Assembly: GCA_041567315.1 (NCBI GenBank)
Contig: JBFGCA010000003.1
Span: 15,398 to 79,397, forward strand
From: Thermoanaerobaculia bacterium
GTDB taxonomy: Bacteria > Acidobacteriota > Thermoanaerobaculia > Multivoradales > JAHEKO01
Length of the DNA stretch: 64,000 nucleotides
Reading direction: 5' to 3'
Shown here: in pieces, positions 8,440 to 16,943 of the stretch
How the letters are laid out: the number at the start of each line of letters is the position of its first letter
Position numbering within the stretch: the stretch's first letter is position 1
The notes under the pieces: model-generated
The model's input: the letters and a program-made list of their open reading frames with translations, nothing else
Databases searched by the model: none
What the model was told of the DNA's origin: nothing
Translations under genes and position numbers: made by a program

Positions 8440-10224
8440 ATGAGCTTCGTCCAGCAGCCGCCCGAGCTCGGCAACCAGTACCGCGACGACCGGATGCTGC
8501 GGACATATCTGCGGCGGGTGCTGCCGGCGGCGGTGCTGAGCGAGATCGAGCCCCAGCTCGACCGGATGGGCGAGCTGGCGGGTGGCGAGCTCTATCGGCT
8601 GCAGCTCGAGGACCTGCCCAACGAGCCGGTGCTGACCCGCTGGGACGCCTGGGGCAACCGGGTCGACCGGGTCGAGCCCACCCGGGTCTGGCGGCGGGCG
8701 GAGCGGTTGGCCGCGGAGAAGGGGCTGGTGGCGATCGCCTACGAGGGCGCCCACGGCGCCGCCTCGCGGTTCCACCAGATGGCGATGGTCTATCTGTTCA
8801 CCGCCTCGACCGACATCTACAGCTGCCCGCTGGCGATGACCGACGGCGCCGCCCGCGCCCTGCTCGAGGCCGGCAACGAGGCGCTCGTCGCCCGTGCGCT
8901 GCCGCGTCTCACCAGCCGCGACCCGGCGCGATCCTGGACCAGCGGCCAGTGGATGACCGAGACTCCCGGCGGCTCGGACGTGGGCGGCACCGAGACGGTT
9001 GCCCGCCGTGAGGGTGGCGAGGCCGGCGGCTGGCGGCTGTGGGGCCGCAAGTGGTTCACCTCGGCGGTGGACTCGCAGATGGCGCTCACCCTGGCCCGGC
9101 CCGAAGGCAGCCCGGCGGGCAGCCGCGGGCTGGCGCTGTTCTACCTCGAGCTGCGCGACGCGGCGGGGAGGCTCCAAAGAGTGCGCATCGAGCGGCTCAA
9201 GGACAAGCTCGGCACCCGCAAGCTGCCCACCGCCTCGCTGACCCTGGAGGGCGTGCCGGCCGAGCCGGTGGCGGGGCTCACCGGCGGCGTCCGCAACATC
9301 GCCCCGATGCTCAACGTCACCCGCATGTGGAACGCGGTCAGCGCCATCGCCCTGATGCGGCGCGGTCTCGCCCTGGCGCGCGACTACGCCGGCAGGCGCA
9401 CCGCCTTCGGCAAGCCGCTGGCCGAGCAACCGCTTCACCTCGACACCCTGGCGGCGCTCCAGGCGGAGCTGGAAGGGGCCTTCCATCTCACCTTCCGGGT
9501 GGTCGAGCTGATGGGCCGCGCCGAGGCCGGCGAGGCGAGCGACGCCGAGCGGCGGCTGTGGCGGGTGCTGACCCCGGTGGCCAAGCTGACCACCGCGCGG
9601 CAGGCGGTGGCCGTGCTGAGCGAGGTGCTGGAGAGCTTCGGCGGCGCCGGCTACGTGGAGGACACCGGGCTGCCGGCGCTGCTGCGCGACGCCCAGGTGC
9701 TGCCCATCTGGGAGGGAACGACCAACGTGCTCGCCCTCGACGCGCTGCGGGCGCTGGCGGCGGATCCGGATCTCGAGGTCCTCGCCGGCGAGCTGGAGCG
9801 GACGCTGGGGCCGGTGGCCGGCGACGGGGACGTTTCGCAGCTGGCGACCGCCGCGATGACGGCCCGCCGGGCGTTCGAGCGGGCGGCCACCTGGTGGCGC
9901 GCGGCGGCCGCAGAGCCGCCGCGGGTCGAGGCCGGGGCGCGCCGCTTCGCCCTCACCCTGGGGCGGGCTTTCGAGCTGGCGCTGCTGGTCGAGCAGGCCC
10001 GCTGGTCGCACGCCCGCGAGGGCGATGCCCGGCCGGCGGCGGCGGCCCGCCGGTTGGCGGCCGCCGGGGTCGACGCCATCGCCCGGCTCGATCCCTGCGA
10101 CGCTGCCGGCCGCGCCGACAGCCGTCTGCTGGCCACCGACCGGGCGCCGGCGCCGGCCGCGGCAGCCGTGCCGGAGCCTGCGGGCGCGACCTCGTCGGAG
10201 CCCGCCGGCCGCGCGCCGGCATGA
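8440..10224 (+). CDS. Acyl-CoA dehydrogenase family protein, AidB-like
   Basis: Track ORF. N-terminus QQPPELGNQYRDDRML resembles AidB-type proteins. WMTETPGGSDV in the middle. C-terminal FGGAGYVEDTGLPALLRDAQVLPIWEGTTNV is an ACAD signature. Confidence 0.85.
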   Translation: MSFVQQPPELGNQYRDDRMLRTYLRRVLPAAVLSEIEPQLDRMGELAGGELYRLQLEDLPNEPVLTRWDAWGNRVDRVEPTRVWRRAERLAAEKGLVAIAYEGAHGAASRFHQMAMVYLFTASTDIYSCPLAMTDGAARALLEAGNEALVARALPRLTSRDPARSWTSGQWMTETPGGSDVGGTETVARREGGEAGGWRLWGRKWFTSAVDSQMALTLARPEGSPAGSRGLALFYLELRDAAGRLQRVRIERLKDKLGTRKLPTASLTLEGVPAEPVAGLTGGVRNIAPMLNVTRMWNAVSAIALMRRGLALARDYAGRRTAFGKPLAEQPLHLDTLAALQAELEGAFHLTFRVVELMGRAEAGEASDAERRLWRVLTPVAKLTTARQAVAVLSEVLESFGGAGYVEDTGLPALLRDAQVLPIWEGTTNVLALDALRALAADPDLEVLAGELERTLGPVAGDGDVSQLATAAMTARRAFERAATWWRAAAAEPPRVEAGARRFALTLGRAFELALLVEQARWSHAREGDARPAAAARRLAAAGVDAIARLDPCDAAGRADSRLLATDRAPAPAAAAVPEPAGATSSEPAGRAPA

Positions 10225-11138
10225 CCCGCCCGCTACCGCCTCCGGCGGCAGCGGACGCCAACGGCTCCGGGGAGCGCTTTCGGCTCTCCCTCGCCGGGGA
10301 AGAGCCGGCGAGATCCCCGCAGGCCGGCTCGGGCGCCGAGACGCCGTCGCTGAGCGTCTACCTGGAAGTCCCCCCGGGCGATCGGCAAGCGCCCTTCGCC
10401 ATCCTCTACATGCACGGCTTCGGCTCGCGCCAGGACGGCGAGAAGGCGCTGTTCTTCCGCCGGCGGTGGGTGGGGGCCGGGATCCCGTTCTGCTCCTTCG
10501 ACTTCCAGGGCCACGGCGACTCGGACGGCTCGATGCTGGGCCTCACCCTCGGCCGCAACGTCCGGGACGCCGCCCGGGTCCACGCCGAGCTGGCCCGCCG
10601 CGGCCTGCCCCGGGTGGTGGTGGTGGGCTCGTCGATGGGCGGCCTGACCGGGCTGTGGTACGCGGCCACGCGCCCGGACGGCGTGTTGGCCGGACTCTGC
10701 GTCGCCCCGGCACTGGGTCTCGAGCGCTCGATCTCCGCCTGGGCCGGCGTGGAGGCCATGGAGCGCTGGCGCCGGGAAGGGAGCACCGAGCTGACCGCCG
10801 AGCTGGGCACCTGGGAAGTCGGATGGGGCTTGATCGAGGACCTCCGCGCCCATCGCCAGGAGGACCTGGCGGCGCGGCTCGCCGTGCCGTCGCTGCTGCT
10901 CCAGGGGCAGCGCGACGACCAGGTGGACTGGCGGCGGGTGGCCGAGCTGGCGGCCACGGCGACGGCGCCCTGCGAGCTGGTGCTGTTCGGCGACGGCGAC
11001 CACCGCCTGATCGACCGCACGGAACGGCTCTTCGAGCTGATGCTCTCGTTCCTGCAGAGCCGCGGCCTGCTGCCGGTGGCGGAGCCAGCAGCGACGCCGA
11101 GCAGGGCGCCGGCAGCAAGCTCTACTCGAGCCCGATGA
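10221..11138 (+). CDS. Alpha/beta hydrolase
   Basis: Internal ATG 10221 of track ORF 9039..11138(+), overlapping the upstream stop as ATGA. LYMHGFGS, nucleophile elbow GSSMGG and C-terminal GDGDH. Confidence 0.8.
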   Translation: MTRPLPPPAAADANGSGERFRLSLAGEEPARSPQAGSGAETPSLSVYLEVPPGDRQAPFAILYMHGFGSRQDGEKALFFRRRWVGAGIPFCSFDFQGHGDSDGSMLGLTLGRNVRDAARVHAELARRGLPRVVVVGSSMGGLTGLWYAATRPDGVLAGLCVAPALGLERSISAWAGVEAMERWRREGSTELTAELGTWEVGWGLIEDLRAHRQEDLAARLAVPSLLLQGQRDDQVDWRRVAELAATATAPCELVLFGDGDHRLIDRTERLFELMLSFLQSRGLLPVAEPAATPSRAPAASSTRAR

Positions 11139-12000
11139 ACAGCGTGCCGGCGTGGCCCCGGAGCTGCACCCGCCGCGGCTCGATCTCGACCACCCGGTAG
11201 CCCTCGACCCGCTCGCCGGGTCCCACCACCCGGCCGTTGAGCAGCGCAAACGGGCCGGTCTCCGACCAGGCGATGCCGCCCAGGGTCAGCGTGGCGCCGT
11301 CGGGCAGCACCGCCTCGCGGACAAAGACCCGCGCCTCGCCGGCCGCCGCCGCGTCGGCGAAGTCGCGGGGCGAGCTGCCCGGGTCGGCGCTGGGCAGCGT
11401 CACCAGCACCCCCGACTCGTCCCGGGCGACGTGCTCGGCAGCCGCGGGCGGGGCGGTCGCCCGCGACCCGCCGCGGGTGCTGCCGGCGGTCCGCGAAGGG
11501 GCCGGCGCCGGGGCCGGCGGCGCAGCCGGCCTGCCGCGGGCGGAAGACGACGCGCCAGCCGACCCGGCCTCCGGGGTCGCGCCTCGCGCCGGGTCGGTCA
11601 CGACCTCCCCGACAGTGGAACCTGCTGCGGTGGGAGTCCCGCCGGCCGGACCCGCACTCGGGGCCGCTGCCGCGCCGGGCGCGGTGGCGGGTGATGCCTC
11701 TGGCGAGCCGGCGAGGGATGCGGCTGCGGACCCTGGCGCCGCCACACCGGGCACCGCCACGGTCGCCGTGGGCGCCGCGGTCACCGCCGCGTTGGCCGGC
11801 GGCTCGCGGCGGAGCAGCAGCAGCACCGCCAGCAGGCTCATTCCCAGTCCCACCGCCAGCAGCACCACCAGGCCCCAGATCCAGGAGGGGCTTTCGCGCC
11901 GTGCCACCGCCGTATGGGGCGGCGGCACGCCGCGGCGGATGGCGTCGCGGCGCGCCGCCTCCTCGCGCGCCCGGCCGAGCGCGTCGCCGATCAGGCTCAT
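11122..12000 (-). CDS. GspB/ExeB-like membrane protein
   Basis: Track ORF. One TM helix (WIWGLVVLLAVGLGMSLLAVLLLL) followed by an Ala/Pro-rich linker. C-terminal LTLGGIAWSETGPFALLNGRVVGPGERVEGYRVVEIEPRRVQL resembles the T2SS GspB C-domain. The start overlaps the upstream stop as ATGA (11997-12000). Confidence 0.6.
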   Translation of the reverse strand: MSLIGDALGRAREEAARRDAIRRGVPPPHTAVARRESPSWIWGLVVLLAVGLGMSLLAVLLLLRREPPANAAVTAAPTATVAVPGVAAPGSAAASLAGSPEASPATAPGAAAAPSAGPAGGTPTAAGSTVGEVVTDPARGATPEAGSAGASSSARGRPAAPPAPAPAPSRTAGSTRGGSRATAPPAAAEHVARDESGVLVTLPSADPGSSPRDFADAAAAGEARVFVREAVLPDGATLTLGGIAWSETGPFALLNGRVVGPGERVEGYRVVEIEPRRVQLRGHAGTLFIGLE

Positions 12001-12809
12001 ACGAAGCGGCCCTCCAGCTCGCGGATGGCGCGCCGCACGTGACCGCCGGTCAGGTGATGGGCGCCGCTCACGTACCCGCAGAGCAGGGTCTTGTCGCAGA
12101 TCGCGTTGATCAGCCGCGGGACGCCGCCCGAGTAGGCGTAGATGCGACGCATCGCCCAGCGGCTGAAGGTGGGGACCGAGTTGGCCCCGGCCACCCGCAA
12201 CCGGTGGCGGACGTAGAAGTCGGTCTCGTCGAACGACAGCGGCGTCAGGTGGTAGCGCACCGTAATCCGCTGTCGCAGCTGGCGCAGTGCCGGGTTGTCG
12301 AGCATGCGCCGCAGCTCGGGCTGGCCGATGAGCACGATCTGCAGCAGCTTGCGCTGATCGGTCTCCAGGTTGGAGAGCAACCGCACCTGCTCCATCAGCT
12401 CCATCGACAGATCCTGCGCCTCGTCGATGAACAGCACCACGTCGTTACCGGCCGCGAACTCGTCGAGCAGCAGCCGGTTGAGCTGATCGAGGCACTCCAT
12501 GTGGTCGCGGCTCGGCGGCTCGAGCCCCAGCTCGACCAGGATCGAGTAGACCAGCTGCTCGCTGGTCAGGAGCGGATTCAGGATCAGTGCGGTCCGGTAG
12601 TTGGGTCCCAGCTCTTCGAGCAGCGCGCGGCAGAGCGTCGTCTTGCCGGTGCCGACCTCGCCGGTGACCTGGATGAAGCCCTTGCGCTCGCGGAGGCCGA
12701 AGACCAGGTGGTCGAAGGCCTCCTGGTGCCGATCGCTGAAGAACAGGAAGCGCGGATCGGGGGTGATGTTGAACGGCGACTCGTAGAAGCCGTAGAACTG
12801 TTCGTACAT
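11997..12809 (-). CDS. ExeA/GspA-family AAA ATPase
   Basis: Track ORF. YGFYESPFNITPDPRFLFFSDRHQEA, Walker A TGEVGTGKTTL and Walker B VLFIDEAQ. Confidence 0.85.
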   Translation of the reverse strand: MYEQFYGFYESPFNITPDPRFLFFSDRHQEAFDHLVFGLRERKGFIQVTGEVGTGKTTLCRALLEELGPNYRTALILNPLLTSEQLVYSILVELGLEPPSRDHMECLDQLNRLLLDEFAAGNDVVLFIDEAQDLSMELMEQVRLLSNLETDQRKLLQIVLIGQPELRRMLDNPALRQLRQRITVRYHLTPLSFDETDFYVRHRLRVAGANSVPTFSRWAMRRIYAYSGGVPRLINAICDKTLLCGYVSGAHHLTGGHVRRAIRELEGRFV

Positions 12810-12875
12810 CCTGGCGGGGGGGCTCGCGAGCCCGGAATGAAGAGTCTAGCAGCAAGGGTATCGAGGTTGCGGGGA

Positions 12876-12986
12876 GGGGAGGCCCGCCGCTCCTCACCGC
12901 TGCGCGCTGACCGCTCCGTAGCCTTCGGGGCTTCTCGCAAGCGCTTGCGGAGAGGCCCCTGTCGAGCCCCACCCCGGCCGGCCCCT
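12876..12986 (+). repeat. Intergenic ~110-bp repeat, copy A
   Basis: Ungapped alignment to 15356..15466: 90 of 100 positions match between 12881-12980 and 15361-15460 (hand count). Contains the perfect 14-bp palindrome CGCAAGCGCTTGCG. Confidence 0.8.
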
Positions 12987-13365
12987 GCGCGGCCCAGCGG
13001 CTGACCCACGACTTCGCAAGGAGGCGCGGCTCCCGTAACCCTGACTGCCAGCAGGCACCGCGGGGCGAGTCATTGCGTTGCCACCCCGTGCCGCCGAATT
13101 GGGTGGTTGACCTACCTGGAACATGAGGTGGGGCTGGCTGGCGCGGCTGTCCTGGTTTCTGGAGCCGCGCGAGGCCACACGCGCGTGCGAGCCCGCCAGC
13201 CGGTGCCGAAACGAGCGTTGGGTCGGCGCGACGTTCTGACCGAGCGCGGGTAGCACCCCGCCCAGGGCGCCCGATCGGCCTCGCCTCTGCAGCCCTACCC
13301 GGAAGCTTCTTCTGGTTCGGGGCGTGTAGCATCCGAATTCGGGTTTCAACATCGAGGAGGGGGCG

Positions 13366-15249
13366 ATGACGCGCTTCTGGGGTCTATGTTTTCCTGTTCT
13401 GCTGTTCTGGTCGTTGGCGGCTCCTGCCGTCGCAGGGGAAGAGGCGTTCGATCCGGAGGGGCGGTTGGCGGAGTTGGGGATCGAGCTGCCGGAGCCGCCG
13501 GCGCCGGTGGCGAACTACGTGCGGGCGGTGCGGGCGGGGGAGTTGGTGTTCCTGGCCGGTCACGGGCCGCTGAAGGCGGATGGCGGGTACGTGACGGGGC
13601 GGCTGGGCGAGGACCTGTCGGTCGAAGAGGGGTACGAGGCGGCGCGGCTGACCGCGATCGCGCTGCTCGCCTCGCTGCGGCAGGAGATCGGCGACCTTTC
13701 GCGGGTGTGGCGGATCGTCAAGGTCACCGGGATGGTCAACTCGGCGCCCGGCTTCACCCGCCAGCCCGAGGTCGTCAACGGCTGCTCTGACCTGCTGGTC
13801 GAGGTGTTCGGCGAGCGGGGGCGGCACGCCCGGGCGGCGGTGGGGATGGCGTCGTTGCCGATCGGCATCGCGGTCGAGATCGAGATGGTGGTCGAGGTGG
13901 CGCCCGCCGCGGAGCCATCTGCCGCCACGCCGGTAGCCCCGCTGGCGGGCGGCGACATCGTGTCGGGAACACCGGCCGCGGGGGCGACGGCAGCCGTGCT
14001 GCCGTGGCGCGCCCGGCCCGCCGTCGTCAACGCGGTGCTCGAGGAGCGGCTCGACCACCGGCTGCCGCGACTGATGCGCGAGGCGGGGCTCGACATGTGG
14101 CTGGTGATCAACCGCGAGTACGCCGAAGACCCGGTCTACTTCAGCCTGGTCCCCGAGCCGGTCCACGCCGCCCGGCGCACCACCATGCTGGTCTTCCATG
14201 ACCGCGGCGAGGCCGAGGGCGTCGAGCGGCTGACCGTGAGCCGCTACCCGCTGGGCGACCTCTACCGCCCGGTCTGGGAGGGCGGCGACCTCGACGAGCA
14301 GTGGCGGCGGCTGGGCGAGGTGGTCAGGGAGCGCGAACCGCGCCGCATCGGCGTCGACGTCAGCCGCGACTGGGCGGTGGCCGACGGGCTGACCGCCGGC
14401 ATGAAGGAGCGGCTGACCGAGGCGCTGGGCCCCGAGCTGAGCAGCCGGCTGACCGGCGCCGAGGAGCTGGTGGTGCGCTGGCTCGAGACCCGCACCGCGG
14501 CCGAGCTGGAGCTGTGGCCGCAGGCGGTGGCGCTGGCCCGCGGGGTGATCGCCGAGGCCTTCTCCGAGCGGGTGATCACCCCCGGCGCGACCACCACCGA
14601 CGACGTCGCCTGGTACATCCGCGAGCGGTTCGCCGAGCTGCAGCTGCCGATCTGGTTCATGCCCTACGTCAACGTTCAGCGCCCGGGCGGCGGCTGTCTG
14701 GAGGCGACGCCGTTCTGCGGCGACAGCGGCGGGGTGATCCGCCGCGGCGACGTGCTCCACACCGACGTCGGCATCTGCTACCTGCGGCTGTGCACCGACA
14801 CCCAGGAGATGGGCTATGTGCTGCGCGCCGGCGAGACGGCGCCGCCGGCCGGGCTCCGCGAGGCGCTGGCGACCGGCAACCGCTGGCAGGACCTGCTGAC
14901 CGCCGAGTTCGTGACCGGCCGGCCCGGCAACGAGATCCTGGCGCGGGCCCGGGCGGCTGCCGAAGCCGAAGGCATTCTGGCCAGCGTCTACACGCATCCA
15001 CTGGGGGCCTTCGGTCACGCCCCCGGTCCCACCGTCGGCATGTGGGACAACCAGGGGCCGACGCCGGTCCAGGGCGACTGGCCGCTTCACCCGGACACCG
15101 GCTACGCCGTCGAGGGTAACGTCAAGGTGCCGGTGCCCGAGTGGGGCGGCGAGCTGGTGCAGATCAAGCTGGAGCAGAGCGCGGTGTTCGACGGCGAGCG
15201 TGTGCGCTATCTGGCGGGGCGTCAGACGAGCTGGCATCTCGTGCGGTAG
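13366..15249 (+). CDS. Secreted fusion protein: RidA/YjgF-like domain + M24 (creatinase/prolidase-fold) metallopeptidase domain
   Basis: Track ORF with GAGGAGGGGG upstream. Signal peptide MTRFWGLCFPVLLFWSLAAPAVAG. N-terminal ~150 aa are RidA-like (VRAGELVFLAGHGP, RAAVGMASLPIGIAVEIEMVV). C-terminal ~420 aa are M24-like (LDMWLVINREY, RGDVLHTDVG, THPLGAFGHAPGP). Confidence 0.75.
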   Translation: MTRFWGLCFPVLLFWSLAAPAVAGEEAFDPEGRLAELGIELPEPPAPVANYVRAVRAGELVFLAGHGPLKADGGYVTGRLGEDLSVEEGYEAARLTAIALLASLRQEIGDLSRVWRIVKVTGMVNSAPGFTRQPEVVNGCSDLLVEVFGERGRHARAAVGMASLPIGIAVEIEMVVEVAPAAEPSAATPVAPLAGGDIVSGTPAAGATAAVLPWRARPAVVNAVLEERLDHRLPRLMREAGLDMWLVINREYAEDPVYFSLVPEPVHAARRTTMLVFHDRGEAEGVERLTVSRYPLGDLYRPVWEGGDLDEQWRRLGEVVREREPRRIGVDVSRDWAVADGLTAGMKERLTEALGPELSSRLTGAEELVVRWLETRTAAELELWPQAVALARGVIAEAFSERVITPGATTTDDVAWYIRERFAELQLPIWFMPYVNVQRPGGGCLEATPFCGDSGGVIRRGDVLHTDVGICYLRLCTDTQEMGYVLRAGETAPPAGLREALATGNRWQDLLTAEFVTGRPGNEILARARAAAEAEGILASVYTHPLGAFGHAPGPTVGMWDNQGPTPVQGDWPLHPDTGYAVEGNVKVPVPEWGGELVQIKLEQSAVFDGERVRYLAGRQTSWHLVR

Positions 15250-15355
15250 GGGTAGCTGGTCGGGCAGCCGTCAGGGTCGCAGTCGGAGGGCTGGTGGCGG
15301 GAGCAGGCCGGGGCGGGGCATGCCAGGGGACGCGGCCGGCCTGACGGACTTCAGT

Positions 15356-15466
15356 GGGGAGGCCGGCCGCTCCTCACCGCTGCGCGCTGCTCGGATCGTA
15401 GCCTTCGAGGCTTGTCGCAAGCGCTTGCGGCGAGGCCCCTGTCGAGCCCCGCCCCGGCCGGCTCCT
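15356..15466 (+). repeat. Intergenic ~110-bp repeat, copy B
   Basis: See copy A. Same orientation. Lies between the RidA-M24 stop and the HTH gene. Confidence 0.8.
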
Positions 15467-15564
15467 CAGCGTCCCGTAGGGAACCAATCGCCTCCCGCAG
15501 TGGCGGCATCAAGGTAGGCCTCTTCAGGGTTGACGGCAGCCATCGGGTGTTGGAAGATATTATC

Positions 15565-16080
15565 GTGGGTGATAATTCTGTGATTGCTCCGATCGGGGCG
15601 CAAATCCGGCGGCTGAGGGTGGCGAAGGGGTGGACGCTGGCCGAGCTGGCGAAGCGGGCGGGGACGAGCGCGCCGACCCTGCATCGATATGAAGGGGGCT
15701 GGGACCGGTTCGAGGTGGCCACGCTGCGGCGGATCGCCCGTGCGCTCGGGAGCTACCTGGAAATTCGCATGGTTTCGGAGGAGGCCGACCGCGCATCCGC
15801 GCCGGGGGCCTCGCGGCGGCAGTTGGTGAGCCTCCTCGCGCCGCTGTTCTGGGACCGGAAGCTGGCGCCGGGAGATCTGGACCGTTACCCTGGGTGGGTC
15901 CTGCGGCGGGTGCTGGCGTTCGGCGACCGGCGGCAAGTGGCGGCGGCGCGTCGGTTCTTCGGCGACGACGCGGTGCGGGCTGCGGCGGCCCACCGATCGG
16001 TCGATCCGCGGACGCGCAACTACTGGCGGTTGATACTGCAAGAGACGGACGACGGTGCATCCGAAAGTCCTCGACGCTGA
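15565..16080 (+). CDS. XRE-family HTH protein, putative antitoxin of the AbiE-like module
   Basis: In-frame GTG 15565 inside track ORF 15412..16080. The upstream part of that ORF runs over repeat copy B. Cro/C1 HTH IGAQIRRLRVAKGWTLAELAKRAGTSAPTLHRYEGG plus a ~110-aa C-terminal extension. Overlaps the next gene by 26 nt. Exact start uncertain. Confidence 0.7.
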   Translation: MGDNSVIAPIGAQIRRLRVAKGWTLAELAKRAGTSAPTLHRYEGGWDRFEVATLRRIARALGSYLEIRMVSEEADRASAPGASRRQLVSLLAPLFWDRKLAPGDLDRYPGWVLRRVLAFGDRRQVAAARRFFGDDAVRAAAAHRSVDPRTRNYWRLILQETDDGASESPRR

Positions 16081-16675
16081 GGCCTGGGTGCTGGTTCGCC
16101 GGCTGGTGGCCGCCGACCTGCTGGCCGGTTGGACGCTGGCCGGCGGCACCGGACTCGCGCTGCAGTTTGGTCACAGGATCTCGGAGGACCTGGACTTCTT
16201 CCGCGCCGACACCTTCGATCCCGGCCGGCTGGCCGAGGAGCTGGCCGCCCACGGACGCCTGGTGGTCCAGAGCCGGTCGGCGGACACGCTCCACGCCGTG
16301 CTCGAAGGTCTGCGGCTGAGCTTTCTGCGTGCCGAGGCGCCGCTGTTGTTCCCGGCCATGCCCTACCGGGGCCTGGCGCTCGCCGATCCGCGCGACGTCG
16401 CGGTGATGAAGCTGGTCGCCATCGGCGGCCGTGGCAGCCGCAAGGACTTCGTCGACCTCTACTTCTACCTGCGGACGGCGGACGGCCTCGAGCCGCTCCT
16501 GACCTTGCTCCGGCGGCGCTTCGAGCGGATCGACTACAACGAGTACCATCTGCTCAAGAGTCTCGTCTTCTTCGAGGACGGCGAGGCCGAGCCGATGCCG
16601 CGGATGCTGCGGAAGGTCTCCTGGCCGCAGATCAAGCGGTTCCTGATCGGCGAGGTGCGGCGGGTCGCGCCGTGA
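16055..16675 (+). CDS. Nucleotidyltransferase AbiEii/AbiGii-family toxin (DUF1814-like)
   Basis: Track ORF. LAGGTGLALQFGHRISEDLDFF nucleotidyltransferase motif and family-typical length. Confidence 0.8.
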   Translation: MHPKVLDAEAWVLVRRLVAADLLAGWTLAGGTGLALQFGHRISEDLDFFRADTFDPGRLAEELAAHGRLVVQSRSADTLHAVLEGLRLSFLRAEAPLLFPAMPYRGLALADPRDVAVMKLVAIGGRGSRKDFVDLYFYLRTADGLEPLLTLLRRRFERIDYNEYHLLKSLVFFEDGEAEPMPRMLRKVSWPQIKRFLIGEVRRVAP

Positions 16676-16881
16676 ACCGAAATGGCGAAGCCGCCGCCAC
16701 CGAGGACTTCACCTACCAGGAGGACGGCACCCGGGCGGCCGTGACCCCCGGCGGCCTGGTTGGGGACCAGATCTCGATGTTCGTGGACGACTCGTCCGGC
16801 TCGCAGTACCAGGCGCTCTACCCCATCAAGGTGCTGGGACACCCGGACCAGGCCGGGGTCTGGGGCGCCGAGGGCGAATAG
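16672..16881 (+). CDS. Small acidic hypothetical protein (69 aa), translationally coupled to the AbiEii-like gene
   Basis: Tail of track ORF 16129..16881 starting at GTG 16672, which overlaps the toxin stop as GTGA. Third codon positions are almost all G/C, so it looks coding. No family recognised. ATG 16777 is an alternative start. Confidence 0.4.
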   Translation: MNRNGEAAATEDFTYQEDGTRAAVTPGGLVGDQISMFVDDSSGSQYQALYPIKVLGHPDQAGVWGAEGE

Positions 16882-16904
16882 GGGCGACCTAGCCGTCCGG
16901 GTGG

Positions 16905-16932
16905 TTGACAGCTCCCTACCAGTTGGTAGAGA
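16905..16932 (+). promoter_or_regulatory. Putative TetR promoter with embedded palindromic operator
   Basis: TTGACA (16905-16910), 16-nt spacer, TAGAGA (16927-16932), then 11 nt to ATG 16944. The spacer holds the palindrome CTACCA-GT-TGGTAG (16916-16929). Confidence 0.45.
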
Positions 16933-16943
16933 GTCGCGCCAGG

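Noticed and set aside
12987-13365. The remainder of the 556-bp intergenic region after repeat copy A, considered as a possible riboswitch or sRNA.
   Set aside because: I recognised no known riboswitch or RNA family consensus. Only weak hairpins and a distant TAGCAT box are present. Noted as unusually long, but nothing is callable.
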